Under the pieces are notes generated by a model, which was not told the DNA's origin, did no database searches, and saw nothing but the letters and a program-made list of their open reading frames with translations. From an uncultured delta proteobacterium (GTDB taxonomy: Bacteria > Myxococcota_A > Polyangia > Fen-1088): 64,000 nucleotides of DNA. The position numbers and the translations under genes are program-made. This document shows positions 17,891 to 26,270 of the stretch, in pieces; within the stretch, counting starts at the first letter, position 1, and each line of letters opens with the position of its first letter. The DNA lies in assembly GCA_963758155.1 (NCBI GenBank), contig CAVWUP010000006.1, positions 22,399 through 86,398 of the forward strand, written 5' to 3'.

Positions 17891-19883
17891 GCAAGAAGCC
17901 GGCCTGTTCCGCTGCTGCGATGCCTGTTGGCACAGCCCCAGCCGGCCCTGTCCCGACGTTGTGGCTTGCCTGACCGGCGACTTCCGTTGCCACGCCAGCG
18001 CGGCTTGCGACGGCAAACGCCGTGACCACATCCGAGCGCTGAAACGTCAGAACGCCGCTGTTCCGATCCTGTACCTGGGCACCGGCACCTGCGGATTCGG
18101 CGCAGGTGCGGGCAAGACCCTTGCCGCAATCAAAGCGTATCTGTCCAAGACCGGCCATCAGGCAAAGCTGGTGGAAGTTGGCTGCCTGGGCCTGTGCTCG
18201 CGCGAGCCCTTGCTCGATGTACAGCTTCCCGGCCAACCGCGGGTGACCTTTCTCGATATGACCGAAGAGAAGGTGCCCGAATTCTTGGACGAGGTGTTCG
18301 ACGGCGAGCTTCCGGGCGCCGCCCTGCTCGGTCAGCATCGCAACCCGGCCTTCACTCCCTTGGCCGATGTCCCGTTCGTCGACGAGCACCCGTTCTTCCG
18401 GCCCCAAACGCGGTGGGTGTTGGCCAACTGCGGACTGGTCGATCCGACGGACCTTGAAGAGTACATCGTCTGCGGCGGCTACCAGGCTCTGACCAAGACG
18501 CTGCGCCAGCACACGCCCGAACAGACCTGCGCCGTCATCGAACAAAGTGGTCTGCGCGGCCGAGGCGGCGGCGGGTTCACCAGTGGGAAGAAGTGGAACC
18601 TGGCCCGTCAGGTGGCCGCGGATCAGAAGTATCTGGTCTGCAACGCTGACGAGGGCGATCCAGGCGCGTTCATGGATCGTTCGGTCATCGAGAGCGATCC
18701 CTTCCGCTTGCTCGAAGGCATGGCCATCGCCGGCCACGCCATCGGTGCCAGCAAGGGCATCATCTATATCCGCGCGGAATACCCGCTGGCCATCGAGCGC
18801 CTGCTCACCACGATCCCCAAAGCGCAGGCTGCGGGATTTCTCGGGCACAACATCCTGGGCTCGGGCTTCGATTTCGACGTCAGCATCAAGCAGGGGGCAG
18901 GCGCTTTCGTGTGCGGCGAAGAAACCGCGCTCATGCACAGCATAGAAGGCCGCCGCGGCATGCCGCGTGTGCGGCCGCCCTATCCGTCGGTCAAGGGCCT
19001 GTGGGGCAAACCCACCTGCATCAACAACGTCGAGACCCTGGCCAACGTGCCGGGAATCATGAAAAACGGTGCCGATTGGTTTGCCTCGGTCGGCACGGCC
19101 ACCAGCAAGGGCACCAAGGTATTCGCGCTGTCGGGCAAGGTCGTGCGCACCGGCCTGGTGGAGGTTGCCATGGGCACCAGCGTGCGCGACGTTGTGTTCG
19201 GTGCCGGCGGTGGCATCGCCAACAACAAGAAGTACAAGGCCGTGCAGATCGGCGGCCCGTCGGGCGGCTGCATCCCCGAACAGCACCTCGACATCCTGGT
19301 CGACTACGAGTCGCTGAAAAAGGTGGGCGCCATGATGGGCTCGGGCGGCCTGGTGGTCATGGACGAAGACAACTGCATGGTCGATGTGGCGCGCTTCTTC
19401 ATGGACTTCATCCAGCGCGAAAGCTGCGGCAAGTGCATTCCCTGCCGCGAAGGCACGCGCCGCATGCTGGAGATTCTCAATGCCATCACGCGCGGCTATC
19501 GCAACGAGAGCCCGCACCAAAGCATGGAGCGCTTCAAGGGCGTGATGGCGCTGGAGGAACTGGCCGAGGTCATCGGCGACACCAGCCTGTGTGGATTGGG
19601 ACAGAGCGCGCCCAATCCGGTGCTTTCCACCTTGCGCTGGTTTCGCGAAGAGTACGAAGCCCACATTTTCGAGCGCAAGTGCGCGGCGCATGTCTGCGTG
19701 GAGCTGCTCAACTACACGGTCGACAATGACAAATGCACGGGCTGCACCGTGTGCACCAAACAATGTCCCACCGCCGCGATCGTGGGCGAAAAGAAGACGG
19801 CCCACTACATTCTGCAGGACAAGTGCATTGCCTGCGGTACTTGCGCCGAGGTCTGCAAATTCGACGCCGTTCGCGCGGACTGA
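17877..19883 (+). CDS. hydB: NuoF-like flavoprotein (NADH/FMN, Fe-S) subunit of a multimeric [FeFe]-hydrogenase
   Basis: ATG at 17877 overlaps the hydC stop. Thioredoxin-like 2Fe-2S region (GTGTCGFGAG...GCLGLCSREP). FMN/NADH site GLRGRGGGGFTSGKKW. SLBB and 4Fe-4S motif ESCGKCIPCREG. C-terminal 2x[4Fe-4S] ferredoxin (CTGCTVCTKQCP, CIACGTCAEVC). Confidence 0.9.
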   Translation: MPTLEQEAGLFRCCDACWHSPSRPCPDVVACLTGDFRCHASAACDGKRRDHIRALKRQNAAVPILYLGTGTCGFGAGAGKTLAAIKAYLSKTGHQAKLVEVGCLGLCSREPLLDVQLPGQPRVTFLDMTEEKVPEFLDEVFDGELPGAALLGQHRNPAFTPLADVPFVDEHPFFRPQTRWVLANCGLVDPTDLEEYIVCGGYQALTKTLRQHTPEQTCAVIEQSGLRGRGGGGFTSGKKWNLARQVAADQKYLVCNADEGDPGAFMDRSVIESDPFRLLEGMAIAGHAIGASKGIIYIRAEYPLAIERLLTTIPKAQAAGFLGHNILGSGFDFDVSIKQGAGAFVCGEETALMHSIEGRRGMPRVRPPYPSVKGLWGKPTCINNVETLANVPGIMKNGADWFASVGTATSKGTKVFALSGKVVRTGLVEVAMGTSVRDVVFGAGGGIANNKKYKAVQIGGPSGGCIPEQHLDILVDYESLKKVGAMMGSGGLVVMDEDNCMVDVARFFMDFIQRESCGKCIPCREGTRRMLEILNAITRGYRNESPHQSMERFKGVMALEELAEVIGDTSLCGLGQSAPNPVLSTLRWFREEYEAHIFERKCAAHVCVELLNYTVDNDKCTGCTVCTKQCPTAAIVGEKKTAHYILQDKCIACGTCAEVCKFDAVRAD

Positions 19884-19904
19884 TCCCTGGAAAAGGAACT
19901 GCTG

Positions 19905-21629
19905 ATGCCGTTCATCGAAGTCAACAACCGCCAAGTCGAGATGAAGCCCGGCGAGATGCTTTTGTCCACCATCAGACGGGCCGGCGTTCGCGTCCCCACT
20001 CTCTGTGCCTTGCCCTCCCTGGATCCCACAGGCGCCTGCCGCATCTGCGTGGTCGAGGTGGAGAATCATCGCGGCCTGGTGCCAAGCTGCTGCGTGCCCG
20101 TGACCGAGGGCATGAAGGTGAAGACCCATTCGCCTCGCGCGGTCAGGGCGCGCAAGACAGTGGTGGAGTTGTTGCTGGCCAACCACCCCGAAGACTGCAT
20201 GTATTGCCCACGCGATGGCTCGTGCCAGCTACAGAAGCTGGCCATCCAGCATGGCGTGCGCGAGCGCCGCTACCCGGGCGCCAGCCAAAGTCAGCGGACC
20301 TGTGACGTGTCGAGTGCGTCGCTGGTGCGCGATCCGGCCAAGTGCATTCTGTGCGGCAAGTGCGTGCGGGTGTGCGAGGAAATCCAGGGCGTTTCAGCCA
20401 TCGACTTTGGCGGCCGTGGCAGCCAGACCGTGGTGGGACCCGCGTTCGGCGACGGGCTCAACGTCTCCAGCTGCGTGAACTGCGGCCAATGTGTCGTGGT
20501 TTGCCCGACGGCCGCTCTGACTGAACAGAGCCACATCAAGAACGTTCTGGCGGCGCTCAACGATCCGCAGCGCACCGTCGTCATCCAGCATGCGCCCGCG
20601 GTTTCCGTCACCCTGGCAGAAGCCTTCAATCTACCGGCCGGCACTGATGTGGCCGGGAGCATGACCGCGGCCCTTCGCCGCCTGGGTTTTCGCAAGGTCT
20701 TCGACACCAGTTTCTCGGCCGACGTGACCGTGATGGAAGAGGCCAGCGAACTGGTGGCGCGGATCAAGAGCGGGGGCCCGCTGCCCATGTTCACCAGTTG
20801 TTCGCCGGCCTGGATCAAATTCGTCGAACAGTTCTACGGCGACATGATTCCCCATCTGTCCACCTGCAAGAGCCCGCAGCAAATGTTGGGCGCGCTCATC
20901 AAGAGCCACTTCGCCGCCCAAGAGGGATTGGACCCACGACGGATCTTCACCGTGGCAGCCATGCCCTGCACAGCGAAGAAGTTCGAAGCGCGGCGACCGG
21001 AAATGGTCGAGGGCGGGTTGCCCGACACCGATGCGGTGCTGACCACGCGCGAGCTGGTCGAGATCATTCGCATGCACGGGCTCGACTTGCGCGAGCTGGA
21101 CCCCGAGGCGGCTGACGCCCCCTTTGGTCTTCGGTCTAGCGCCGGGAAACTATTCGGTGCCACAGGTGGCGTGATGGAGGCAGCCCTGCGCACAGCCCAC
21201 CACCTGATCACGGGGCGCGAGTTGGACGCACGGACCTTGCCCGCGCTGCGGGGTACTGACGGCATCAAGGAGATGAAGATTCGCGTGGGCGACATTGAGC
21301 TCGGGGTGGCCGTAATCAGCGGACTGCAGAAGGCGCGGCGCTTGCTCGACGAAATTCGCGCGGGACGCAAGGATCTGCACTTCGTCGAGGTGATGAGCTG
21401 CCCAGGAGGCTGCATCGCCGGCGGCGGGCAGATGCTGGGCGCTGACCTCGATGCCGTGCGCGCGCGGATGGCGGCGCTGTACGCACTTGACGAAAACAGC
21501 ACCCTGCGCACGGCCCACGGCAATTCCGCGGTGCGCGCCCTCTACGATGAATTCCTGGGCCAGCCGCTCGGTGAACGAAGTCACAACCTTCTGCACACCC
21601 ACTACCAGCCCCGCGATTTGCCACTTTAG
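19905..21629 (+). CDS. hydA: [FeFe]-hydrogenase catalytic subunit (CpI-like M3 architecture) with a variant L1 motif
   Basis: N-terminal 2Fe-2S (CRICVVEV). His-ligated cluster HPEDCMYCPRDGSC. 2x4Fe-4S (CILCGKCVRVC, CVNCGQCVVVCP). H-domain motifs FTSCSPAW, MPCTAKKFE, MSCPGGCIAGGGQ. Confidence 0.9.
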   Translation: MPFIEVNNRQVEMKPGEMLLSTIRRAGVRVPTLCALPSLDPTGACRICVVEVENHRGLVPSCCVPVTEGMKVKTHSPRAVRARKTVVELLLANHPEDCMYCPRDGSCQLQKLAIQHGVRERRYPGASQSQRTCDVSSASLVRDPAKCILCGKCVRVCEEIQGVSAIDFGGRGSQTVVGPAFGDGLNVSSCVNCGQCVVVCPTAALTEQSHIKNVLAALNDPQRTVVIQHAPAVSVTLAEAFNLPAGTDVAGSMTAALRRLGFRKVFDTSFSADVTVMEEASELVARIKSGGPLPMFTSCSPAWIKFVEQFYGDMIPHLSTCKSPQQMLGALIKSHFAAQEGLDPRRIFTVAAMPCTAKKFEARRPEMVEGGLPDTDAVLTTRELVEIIRMHGLDLRELDPEAADAPFGLRSSAGKLFGATGGVMEAALRTAHHLITGRELDARTLPALRGTDGIKEMKIRVGDIELGVAVISGLQKARRLLDEIRAGRKDLHFVEVMSCPGGCIAGGGQMLGADLDAVRARMAALYALDENSTLRTAHGNSAVRALYDEFLGQPLGERSHNLLHTHYQPRDLPL

Positions 21630-21773
21630 ATCGTCGGTTTTCCGCGTCGCAAACACAGATGCCCTTCCCCCGCCACACCGCGGGGGGCGCGCCCGAGCTG
21701 CGCCCGGTCACACTGTTCAACCCAATTTCCCACCATCGATCCGTGCTTTTCCCCAAACGTCAAAGGAGACATC

Positions 21774-22211
21774 ATGAGCACCCATCCGTCATTGGTCCCG
21801 CAGGACGAGATCCTGGAAACCCAACCTGGCCAGAAGCGCACCGCTCTGGTCATCGACGATGATCCCGACTTTCTGCTGCAGCTGCGTCTGGGTCTTGAAT
21901 CGCTGGGATTCGATGTGACCACGACCGAAAGCGAGAAAGGCGCCACCGAAGAAATCGCGCACTGGCGACCTGATCTCGTCGTGGTTGACTTGATCATGGA
22001 TCATCCGGATTCGGGCTTTCTGCTTTCGTACCGGCTCAAGAAGAAATACCCCAAGACTCCGGTCATCATGGTGTCCGCGGTCACCAGCCGCACTGGCCTC
22101 AGTTTCGACGCGGCCACGCCGTCGGAACGCGGTTGGGTCAGGGCCGACGCATTTTTGGCCAAGCCTGTCCGCATCGAACAACTGCAGCGCGAAATCGAAC
22201 GCTTGATGTGA
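21774..22211 (+). CDS. Stand-alone response-regulator receiver domain protein
   Basis: 145 aa with RBS AAAGGAG. LVIDDDPD, phospho-acceptor context DLVVVDLIM, and conserved PVIMVSA..K. Confidence 0.85.
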   Translation: MSTHPSLVPQDEILETQPGQKRTALVIDDDPDFLLQLRLGLESLGFDVTTTESEKGATEEIAHWRPDLVVVDLIMDHPDSGFLLSYRLKKKYPKTPVIMVSAVTSRTGLSFDAATPSERGWVRADAFLAKPVRIEQLQREIERLM

Positions 22212-22219
22212 GCCGCGGA

Positions 22220-23428
22220 CTACGCGACCCAACGTCCCAGCGCGAACAAGATCTGTTGATGCGCGGCCAGGACGCAGGATAGGGCGACGATGAGGTAGTA
22301 CAAGGCTTCGCGCTCGCCCAAGGCCGCAGCAGCGACATACACGGGAAACACGACCGACAAATAGCGGCCCGCCGATGTCCACTTGGCCAGCACACTGGCT
22401 GTCATGAGGAACGACCAGATAGCATAGGACAGTGGCAGCTTCTTGCGAAGCATTCCCCAGATCACGGCCCCCATCACGAAGCCGATGCTGCCGATCTGCA
22501 CGAATGTGAGCGAGCTGGCGCTCCCGCTGGCGACTGCGGTGGGGTTCATGGCCGCGACGATCTCGGTGAAGGCGGCCGTGATGGGCGCTTCCTTGGCCCA
22601 GCCCGAAACATACTGAGCGCGGTAGAACTCGAAGGGATTCCCGTAGCGCGCCCACAGGAAACCGCAAAACGCCAACGGCCCGGACATGCCCAGCAACAGA
22701 TAGAGGATGTCGGCGCGAATACTTCGCCAGCGAAACTGGGATTGCTCCAGATACAGGACGAAAAGTCCGACGAGAAGCAAGCACCCGTTCACGCGCGTGG
22801 CGCCGGCCAGTGCGGCCAGCACGCTAGCCGTAAACCAGCGCCGCTTGTCAGCGCTATGGAAAGCACCGAGAGCCAGTGCCAGGAAGAGTGACTCGCTGTA
22901 CATGGCCGCGAAGAAGATCGCGAAGGGCGACACGCAAAGCAGGACGACCGCACGGCGGGCTGTGGCTTCGCCGAGCCGGTCGCGCACCAGCCGGTGCAGG
23001 ATGATGACCGACGCCAGGAAAGCCAGATTGGCGACCAGCAGCCCAGCGATCCAAGTATTGCCCACCACCACCTTGGCAACCCGCACACACAGCGGATACA
23101 AGGGAAAGAAGGCAGTATTTCGTTGCTGGCCGGCGATGATGGCCGCCGGCGCAATGTAGCCCTGGTCGGCGATATGCGCATACCAATCGCTGTCCCAACG
23201 AAAGAACCCGTCCAGCAAGAGATTGCGCGGGAATGGTCGGATCGAAGGAGACATAGAGAACTTGCCCAAAGTGAGATACCCGAGCAGCAACAGAGCAATC
23301 CGCGTGGCGAGAAAGACCATGGTGGGATACCACGCGCCCCTGGCTGATCTTGCCCAGTGGTCGAGGCTCCAACGCCTGCTGGCGGGCGCGCGCGGTGTTG
23401 GGTCAGCGGAGTTCGGCATCGTGTTCAC
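22220..23428 (-). CDS. Polytopic GT-C-type glycosyl/mannosyltransferase (PIG-V / DUF2029-like)
   Basis: 402-aa ORF with many TM helices. FFRWDSDWYAHIA and FFPLYP motifs are typical of the PIG-V-like mannosyltransferase family. Confidence 0.75.
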   Translation of the reverse strand: MNTMPNSADPTPRAPASRRWSLDHWARSARGAWYPTMVFLATRIALLLLGYLTLGKFSMSPSIRPFPRNLLLDGFFRWDSDWYAHIADQGYIAPAAIIAGQQRNTAFFPLYPLCVRVAKVVVGNTWIAGLLVANLAFLASVIILHRLVRDRLGEATARRAVVLLCVSPFAIFFAAMYSESLFLALALGAFHSADKRRWFTASVLAALAGATRVNGCLLLVGLFVLYLEQSQFRWRSIRADILYLLLGMSGPLAFCGFLWARYGNPFEFYRAQYVSGWAKEAPITAAFTEIVAAMNPTAVASGSASSLTFVQIGSIGFVMGAVIWGMLRKKLPLSYAIWSFLMTASVLAKWTSAGRYLSVVFPVYVAAAALGEREALYYLIVALSCVLAAHQQILFALGRWVA

Positions 23429-23520
23429 AAAAGGCGCGCGGGAAACGGCATCCGAGTAATTCGATCTATACCACGAGCCATTTTGCCGCCGGAACTATCG
23501 GCAATGCTACCCTGGTTGAC

Positions 23521-23856
23521 ATGACCGATATCGGCCTGCTCCTGGTCGCACTGTCGATTTGCGCAGCCTGCTCCACGTATCAAAAATTCCCCCCTCCTGA
23601 GATTGCCCCACCGGAAAATCCGGGAGACACGTGCGCAGAATGGGGCTCGCCAGGGGGCGCGAGACCATGTCCTGAAGGGATGAAGTGCGAGGGCGTGCGC
23701 TGGGACAGGCGCACCAAGGTCGGTTCCGGCCATTGCGCGCTTCTCAGCGACCGTTGTGCCACTCTTTCCGATTGCAAGTCGAACGAGACTTGTATCCGAA
23801 ACACAATGGTTGTCGGCACCTGCGCCCAGTCGCCGGGGCTGGTGCCGCGCAAGTAG
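23521..23856 (+). CDS. Small secreted/lipoprotein-like Cys-rich protein
   Basis: ATG at 23521 in ORF 23350..23856. Signal MTDIGLLLVALSICAACS, then 8 Cys in about 90 aa. Confidence 0.45.
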   Translation: MTDIGLLLVALSICAACSTYQKFPPPEIAPPENPGDTCAEWGSPGGARPCPEGMKCEGVRWDRRTKVGSGHCALLSDRCATLSDCKSNETCIRNTMVVGTCAQSPGLVPRK

Positions 23857-23949
23857 CTGCGCGCCGCCTGACAGTTCGAACCGCTCCATGTGAGCGCACC
23901 TTCTGGCACCCATATTGCCCGGAGGAACAGGAACGACCAGACAGTGGTG

Positions 23950-25530
23950 CTACTTGGGGCTCACCTTCACCACCGTGTTTCTCGTGGCCCAATAGACACT
24001 GGTGTCGTCCACGGCGATTCTCCCGGGGCTGTCTTGCGCCAGGGCGAGTTTCGTAGGGGTGCCACCGCCGAGTGGTGCCTTCATCACAGCACCGCCGCTA
24101 TAGAGATCGGCACCGTTGGTCCAGTACACGGAAGAGCCGTCGACTGCGATGCTCGCGACGGACGAAAATGGAGCCCGTCCCGATACGAGCGTCACCGGAC
24201 TGCCGCCGTCGAGTGGCATCTTCATCACCGAGCCGCCCGCGATCCAGTACACGCTGGTAGCGTCCACCACGAGGGCATGCGGGGCGTCTTGGGCCGAGGC
24301 GACCATGATGGGAGTGCCGCCGCCGACTGGCACTTTCATCACCGTGCCGTCTGTGGTCTCTTCGGATCCGTAGCTGAACGTTCCAAACTTGGTCCAGTAG
24401 ACGTAGGCTGCGTCCACGGCGATGCTGCTGGGGAAGCCCTGGACCGAGGCCACTGGGACAGGAGTGCCGCCGTCCAGTGACACCCTCATCAGAGCGCTGC
24501 CGGTCATCCAATAGACGCCACCAGCGCCCAAGGCGATCCAGCTCTGGCCTCCGTTGGCAAGCGTTGTGGGAGTGCCACCGGCCAAGGGTACTTTCATGAT
24601 GTCGTAGGTCGAATCGGTCATAGGTGACACCCAGCGTACCCAATAGACGCCGAAAGCGTCTACAGCGATATTTTCGATCATGTTGTCGTCGGAGACGAGC
24701 GGCGTAGGAGTGCCACCGCCCAGCGGTACCTTGTTCAAGCTGTCATGATTCACGTTCCCGTCAGCCGCCCAGCCGGCCACCGTCCAGTACAGGCTGGAGT
24801 TGTCCACTGCGATGTCCCTGACAGACTCCACCGAAGCAAGAGTGGCCAGCGTGACGAGACAGCGGCCCAGCATACACTGAGTCGTGGAAGGAGCGGGGAC
24901 GGACGGGCAGATGGTGCCGCATCCGCCGCAGTTGTTGCTGTCCATCTGGATATCGGTGCACATATCGTTGCAGGTCACATCACATGTGCAGGTGGGCTCG
25001 GTACCGTCCCATGTGCCATCGGCCTGGCAAGTGCGGGTTGCATCGCCCTGCAGGCTGTATCCGGACGAGCAGAAATAGCTGGCCGTCGCCCCATATTTCG
25101 TGATGGGGGCACTGACCACCCCGTTTGCTATTCCGGCAGGCGTTTCGCAAACAGCATCAACCGCGACGCAGGTTGGAACATCGCCGCTCCAGGTTCCATC
25201 GGTCTGACAGGTGCGGGTCGCAGATCCCGAAAGAGCGAAGCCTGGCGTGCATGAATAGGTGGCCGTGGACCCATGTGTGTATGCTGGCACGCTCACGGAT
25301 CCGTTGCCGGGATTGGCAGGCGAGCCACAAACAGCGGCGGTCAGGCTGGATGCTCCGCCTATTCCTCCCGCAATCAGAATCGGCCCGCTGCCGCCAGCGC
25401 CACCGCCCGCCGAGTCTTGCTGGCTCTCCACACCTCCACCTCCATCGGGCCGCGACTTTGCGCTCCTGGTCGCGCAACCAACGACAGCGACTGCGACGAA
25501 GAAATGGAGGCCGCGTTTGACCATGGTCAT
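23950..25530 (-). CDS. Lipoprotein with two Sushi/CCP modules, a Cys-rich spacer and a 7-bladed YWTD-type beta-propeller
   Basis: ATG at 25530 (RBS AGGGA) with lipobox VAVVGC. Two 54-aa CCP units: C..P..G...Y.C..G[FY].L.G....C...G.W....P.C. Seven repeats of [IV]AVD...[VL]YW...VMKVP..GG.P. Confidence 0.85.
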   Translation of the reverse strand: MTMVKRGLHFFVAVAVVGCATRSAKSRPDGGGGVESQQDSAGGGAGGSGPILIAGGIGGASSLTAAVCGSPANPGNGSVSVPAYTHGSTATYSCTPGFALSGSATRTCQTDGTWSGDVPTCVAVDAVCETPAGIANGVVSAPITKYGATASYFCSSGYSLQGDATRTCQADGTWDGTEPTCTCDVTCNDMCTDIQMDSNNCGGCGTICPSVPAPSTTQCMLGRCLVTLATLASVESVRDIAVDNSSLYWTVAGWAADGNVNHDSLNKVPLGGGTPTPLVSDDNMIENIAVDAFGVYWVRWVSPMTDSTYDIMKVPLAGGTPTTLANGGQSWIALGAGGVYWMTGSALMRVSLDGGTPVPVASVQGFPSSIAVDAAYVYWTKFGTFSYGSEETTDGTVMKVPVGGGTPIMVASAQDAPHALVVDATSVYWIAGGSVMKMPLDGGSPVTLVSGRAPFSSVASIAVDGSSVYWTNGADLYSGGAVMKAPLGGGTPTKLALAQDSPGRIAVDDTSVYWATRNTVVKVSPK

Positions 25531-25579
25531 TAGAATCCCTGCTCGACAACGACTATAATAGCACCCTGGGGCCAAGAGC

Positions 25580-26270
25580 ATGGATGAAGTCAGCCGACGG
25601 ACAGGGCGACATCGATCAGCAACTCGTCATCGGTATGCCCTGTTTGTGCTCACAGTCTTGGGCGGCTGCTCAAGAAGCCCGCTCCGTACTGCGCACGATG
25701 GGGCTGCCGCCGGAGGTGACAGCGGTGAAAACTGGGACACCCCTGGCGCCACCAGTGGCAGCACTCAAGATGGGGGCGGCGTTGCAACCGGCGGCGCGGC
25801 TGGCATGGGGACCGGCGGAACGCTCGGCTCATCAGCCGGAGACACCGGTTCTGGCGGTGCTGTGGATGCCAGCAGCACCCGCGGTGCAACGGACGCCACT
25901 GGAGATGCGATTTCCACGGATGGCAGTCCGGGTGCCGTTGAGGATGCGGATTACATCCGAAACCGAGGTCGATGCCTCACCCGATGGCTGGTGTGACGTG
26001 AATCCACTGTGGAATGCGATTACTGAAGGCGCAGGAGTAGGTTTGGGATACTGTTTCGCCTTTGTGCCGGACTACGATCCTGGTTGCGGCTTCGTCAGAA
26101 ACGGGGGCTATGTCGTCTTCGACGGCGACGGCAGGGTTGTCGACAATACGGGCTTGTTTGGGTCACAGAAACAAGCATGGCTGGACGGCTTGTCCACTAT
26201 GCGCTGGCCATGCTATGCGGGCCAGACCATCCAATACATGTGTGTTGAATATCCGGATGAGCCGTGCTGA
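25580..26270 (+). pseudogene. Lipoprotein gene apparently split between two frames
   Basis: The frame of ORF 25580..25996 supplies the lipoprotein signal (ALFVLTVLGGCS) and a Gly-rich linker. The frame of ORF 25584..26270 supplies a 6-Cys globular C-terminus (DGWCDVNPLW...YMCVEYPDEPC). The switch lies somewhere near 25900..25965. Confidence 0.45.

Noticed and set aside
17850-20186. A 778-aa ORF on the minus strand, the second-longest ORF in the track
   Set aside because: It is exactly antisense to hydB/hydA and its composition is Ala/Gly/Arg/His-rich with no motifs. This is a typical shadow ORF of GC-rich DNA. The plus-strand genes carry unmistakable NuoF and HydA motifs.
25584-25943. N-terminal 120 residues of the 228-aa ORF 25584..26270, treated as one intact gene
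   Set aside because: That stretch (MKSADGQGDIDQQLVIGMPCLCSQSW...) has no signal peptide and looks like an out-of-frame reading of the Gly-rich linker. The overlapping frame starting at 25580 has a textbook lipoprotein signal.
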